In this document: positions 61,991 through 64,000 of the stretch, in pieces
Position numbering within the stretch: the first letter of the stretch is position 1
How the letters are laid out: every line of letters begins with the position of its first letter
Assembly: GCA_038087875.1 (NCBI GenBank)
Contig: JAXLNO010000033.1
Location: forward strand, 186,001-250,000
DNA length: 64,000 bases
Reading direction: 5' to 3'
Source of the DNA: Malacoraja senta
Taxonomy: Eukaryota
The notes under the pieces: model-generated
Told to the model about the DNA's origin: nothing
The model's database searches: none
What the model saw: the letters and a program-made list of their open reading frames with translations, nothing else
Made by a program: the position numbers and the translations under genes

Positions 61991-64000
61991 TAACGGCTCC
62001 TTGATACAAGATTTAATTTATTTACGAAGTCGAGAAGAGCATTAGAATGAGGGAATTACATGATGAGGTAAGAATAGCACTGATAGGAGGAACCGTGCGT
62101 CGAGCCCAACGAGTAAAGTTCAGTATAGAAGCCTAACATCAGTATTCATTTTGGTGAAAAGGTTTAATTGACCAGAAAGTGCAAGTGACTGGTGAAAAAC
62201 ATATAATATGCATTACTGGTTATCAATTTCACAGTGATTATATGGAATACCCGTTGATGTTGAAAAGGGGGAAAATCTCGTAGAAAAATAAAATGGGCAC
62301 AGGATAGTGAAGTAGTGGTGAAGCAATTTTGCTCGGAAAATTACGAAACTGGTCGAGCTCAGAAAGAACTAAAGGGAGAATACTCGAGGGACTTCTTTAC
62401 AGGTTTCCGAACGGCAGCACTAACAGAAGGCATAAAATAAATCGGAAAATGGGAGACACCTGTAAGAAGGATGATACAATAATAATGGACACATATGTAA
62501 ACTGGACAAACGAGGTAGTGGTAACGTGATCGATAAATTAATGGAATGCACAACACATGGATATTCTTATCAACATATTTGGACTACATTGGGGGAGTGG
62601 GCTGCTTAGATCATGTTCCGTGCAACGAGAAGTGGCTAGGTAATAATCTTCCAGCGACGGTAGAATTAGCAAACTGTGAACACTCCATAAAAGATTGGTA
62701 CAGAACATATTGAAAGTTATTATCAATTCAAACCGGGTTCAAATTCTGGATGCTGGATTCTTGAGGAGACCATGTTCCTTGGGGAACTCACTGGCTGAGT
62801 CAGCATCTAGAGAGGAAATAGACGATATTTCGTGTTGAGACCCTCTTTAGACTGGGTGAAATGAGACTGAATTTGGCTATGGTTAAATCGGATACTAAAA
62901 GGGGTGGAAGATTGCAACCTTCACGTGGTCCGCCCTGTTTCGACTAATGCAATCAACTCGACGTGCACAAACGGAAGATCAAATAGAACAAGGTGTCCTA
63001 CGACTTTAGGCTGTGCACGCCAGACGAAAGAAGAAGAAGAAGGATACTAAATTAAAAGGCATAATGTAAATGGGCAGTAGTTATCATTATTAGAAAAAAG
63101 TGAACGTTGGAGTCAAAAAGACCGCAAGTCCAACAGTAAACTGGAAAGTCCAAGTCAAACAGAAACGTCAAAGGTAGCAATATAACAAGAAAAGGTTGAC
63201 AGTAGTTACCAATGAAGCGGGAAGCAGGAGGCATCAGGATGTCGAAGAGTTCAGCAAAGGAGAGCAACATTTTACATGGAAGGATGAGTTGAAGATGAAA
63301 ATATTACGGGGAGTAACGAACAGAGAACAATGATAAATGTGTTCAAAATGAAAGTTGAGAAAATAACTGTCAAGAACGGGTGAAATTAGATTGAATTAAA
63401 AAGATACAGATAAATTTAAGATATATCTGGTGTGGGAATTTATGTAAAAGTCAACGGTATCGTAAAACAACTTCACAAAAGGCAAAGTGGCTGTCCTTTA
63501 TGCAAAGGGGACAACTTATCGACACTGACTGGAGATTAATAATTACAAGTAAACGTTTGTATTTTCAAGCATGCATCTGCGATTCAACAGCACGAGTATA
63601 TTATGTGTCTTCGTGGGAGAAGGCATTCTGAATCTGCTTTCTGAAAGCCATGGTCAGGCGCACCAGGCGCAATAAATAGGCGCTATATGGTAAAGTTCAT
63701 GTTGCTATCATTGCTTCTGTAGCAAACTAAAATATAACTCATCATGGAAAGAGGTTTGACTTGAATTCGATGGGAGATGATTTCCCTTTCTAAAATGGAG
63801 CAATGCCTTGTCTCAAATGGATATGGGTAGCATTTAGAGCTTGCAGGTGTAGGTGCTATGAATCGTTTCAACACTCTGGGTTCTCTCAGAAGGGTTCGCA
63901 GTATATATGGTTAATGCCTTGAATAAACGGATTTGTTTGAGAATCTCAACTGCTCATTGAGATGGCATTTTGTGCCTGCCGTTGTGAGCTATATGTAACA

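Noticed and set aside
62000..64000. Possible further receptor exon or host gene at the right end
   Set aside because: No exon-1 or TM motifs were found, only short ORFs and degraded CR1/Penelope remnants.

Overview
Vertebrate genomic DNA, very probably from a cartilaginous fish (skate/ray-like; inferred from HER1-type CR1 LINEs, HE1-type V-SINEs and Penelope-derived short repeats). The window holds a tandem cluster of two-exon, class A 7TM receptor genes of the GPR139/GPR142-like type. There are three intact genes (A: minus strand 7342-6067, 334 aa; B: plus 17013-19436, 326 aa; E: plus 49392-51978, 327 aa), two full-length pseudogenes (C: 24170-~32457; D: 37678-~42044) and a 3' relic (~1860-2262). 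Intact copies share a 70-nt first coding exon and a phase-1 intron inside TM1, and copies A-E share a ~230-bp upstream cassette. Divergence is concentrated in the predicted ligand-facing segments, a birth-and-death pattern reminiscent of chemoreceptor families. The rest is mostly transposable elements, several resolvable to the base because paralogs supply the empty site: a 3.36-kb non-autonomous Helitron carrying minisatellites upstream of gene B, a 5.8-kb full-length L1 whose 16-bp TSD duplicates the splice-acceptor pyrimidine tract of pseudogene C, and a 1.04-kb TIR element splitting the promoter of pseudogene D. Rex1-type, CR1, L2 and Penelope elements are also present, the last with minimal hammerhead-ribozyme motifs. 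No tRNA, rRNA or CRISPR features are supported. All alignments were done by eye, so element edges marked ~ are approximate.
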